DNA from: a virus
Taxonomy: Duplodnaviria > Caudoviricetes
Reading direction: 5' to 3' (one strand)
Length of the DNA stretch: 42,863 nt
Virus record (IMG/VR): IMGVR_UViG_3300016722_000143
Span: 1 to 42,863 of that record
Positions 41,826-42,863 of the stretch are shown piece by piece (the stretch's first letter is position 1; each line of letters begins with the position of its first letter). Under the pieces are notes generated by a model. The model was not told where the DNA came from. It was given only the letters and a program-made list of their open reading frames with translations, and searched no databases. The translations under genes and the position numbers were made by a program.

Positions 41826-42863
41826 ATGAAAACCTTTTCTCTCAAAGAAAACGTCTTGAAATTGCCAAACCCTCAGATCCTCCATCTGCTCCAGGAAATC
41901 GAACTAAGGAAAGGCAGAGCATTTTCTTTGCCTCATCTCAAAAACATTAACCGCCTCCATGACATTTCCAAACGCCGCAGCACCACGTCTTCCAACGCGA
42001 TCGAGGGAATCCGCGTCACGCCGAAACGGGAAGCCGATCTCCTTTCTCTTGGCCTGAAGCCTGAGGTTTATGAGGATTTCATGCTGACCGGCTATAACGC
42101 CGCGCTTGAGCGGATCATTTCCTCTTATTCCTATCAAGATTTGGATGAACGTTTCATCCTTGATCTCCACCAGCTGATGTACAGAGGATACAACCCTGGG
42201 TTCGGCGGCAAATGGAAGGACACCCAAAACTATATCGTTCAGAATAACGGAAAAGGCAAAACGACGGTCCTTTTCACACCCAGCAAACCGAAGGACGTCC
42301 CCCAACTCATGGGAAATCTCGTCTGGCAGTATAGCGCCTGTCTAGGCGACCCCGAGGTGAACCGGCTCCTGCTCATTCCGGTTTTTATTCTCAATTTTCT
42401 CTGTGTCCACCCCTTCAACGACGGGAACGGGAGGATGTCGCGCCTTTTGACGAGCTTCCTTTTGCTGAAGGATGGCTACGATGTCGATTTTTATTACTCT
42501 CTGTCCTATCTCATCCTCACCCGGCAAGAAGAGTATTACCAGACTCTCCACAATTCCGACCGCAGTTGGGAAAAAGGTGAAAACGATTATTCCTATTTCG
42601 TCATTTTCCTTTTGCAAATCATCCTCGAGGGCTACGAGAAATTGGACAAGATGGCCGAGTTCGCCTCCTGGAAGGCACCCGCCGAGGAAAAAGTCGCCAA
42701 AGCCATCAACGAATCCCCTGTTCCGCTAGACAAGGCGGATCTCGAAGAACTCCTCTTCTCGCTTTCAAGAACCACAATCGAGAAAGCCTTGGGGGATTCG
42801 CTCAAAGCCGGGAAGGTTCGGATGATCCAATCCGGCCATTATGCCAAATACTATCGAAAATAG
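41826..42863 (+). CDS. Fic-domain protein (class II-like) with C-terminal HTH; probably host
   Basis: Catalytic 'HPFNDGNGRMSR'; N-terminal inhibitory-type 'SSNAIEG'; C-terminal 'LSRTTIEKAL...SGHYAKY'; lower GC than the phage. Confidence 0.92.
   Translation: MKTFSLKENVLKLPNPQILHLLQEIELRKGRAFSLPHLKNINRLHDISKRRSTTSSNAIEGIRVTPKREADLLSLGLKPEVYEDFMLTGYNAALERIISSYSYQDLDERFILDLHQLMYRGYNPGFGGKWKDTQNYIVQNNGKGKTTVLFTPSKPKDVPQLMGNLVWQYSACLGDPEVNRLLLIPVFILNFLCVHPFNDGNGRMSRLLTSFLLLKDGYDVDFYYSLSYLILTRQEEYYQTLHNSDRSWEKGENDYSYFVIFLLQIILEGYEKLDKMAEFASWKAPAEEKVAKAINESPVPLDKADLEELLFSLSRTTIEKALGDSLKAGKVRMIQSGHYAKYYRK

Noticed and set aside
1-42863. tRNA, tmRNA or rRNA genes
   Set aside because: No cloverleaf or rRNA signatures seen in the few intergenic gaps; not confirmed by tRNAscan or Infernal.

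Overview
The window is almost entirely one temperate siphovirus-type prophage (~450-41,670), with nearly all genes on the minus strand. From right to left it holds a large serine integrase and XRE repressor (+ strand), early genes, and a replication module (DUF2800/Cas4-like nuclease, DUF2815 SSB, PolA, GHKL ATPase, VapE primase-helicase, VRR-NUC, SNF2 helicase). Then come a RinA/ArpU-like late activator, HNH, a ParB-fused DNA methyltransferase, terminases, portal, HK97 protease and capsid, neck and tail genes (with a -1 frameshift chaperone), a short tape measure, Dit and Tal. Three paralogous RBP-like genes and a C-type-lectin-fold tail adhesin follow. The adhesin is the target of a very compact diversity-generating retroelement (DGR): VR 3315-3419 and TR 3118-3222 differ at 14 positions, all at TR adenines, with a GGTA-loop hairpin and an RT gene but no room for avd. 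Less expected features are (i) no recognisable endolysin, only membrane proteins and a Trp/Arg-rich micro-ORF at the lysis position, (ii) a ~155-nt highly structured element just upstream of the DGR target gene, and (iii) two diverged, oppositely oriented copies of a ~210-225-bp GTAAC-repeat element, one in the replication module and one in front of the integrase. A lipoprotein gene (left) and a probably host-derived, apparently leaderless Fic gene (right) flank the phage. All product calls are from motif recognition and synteny, not database searches.
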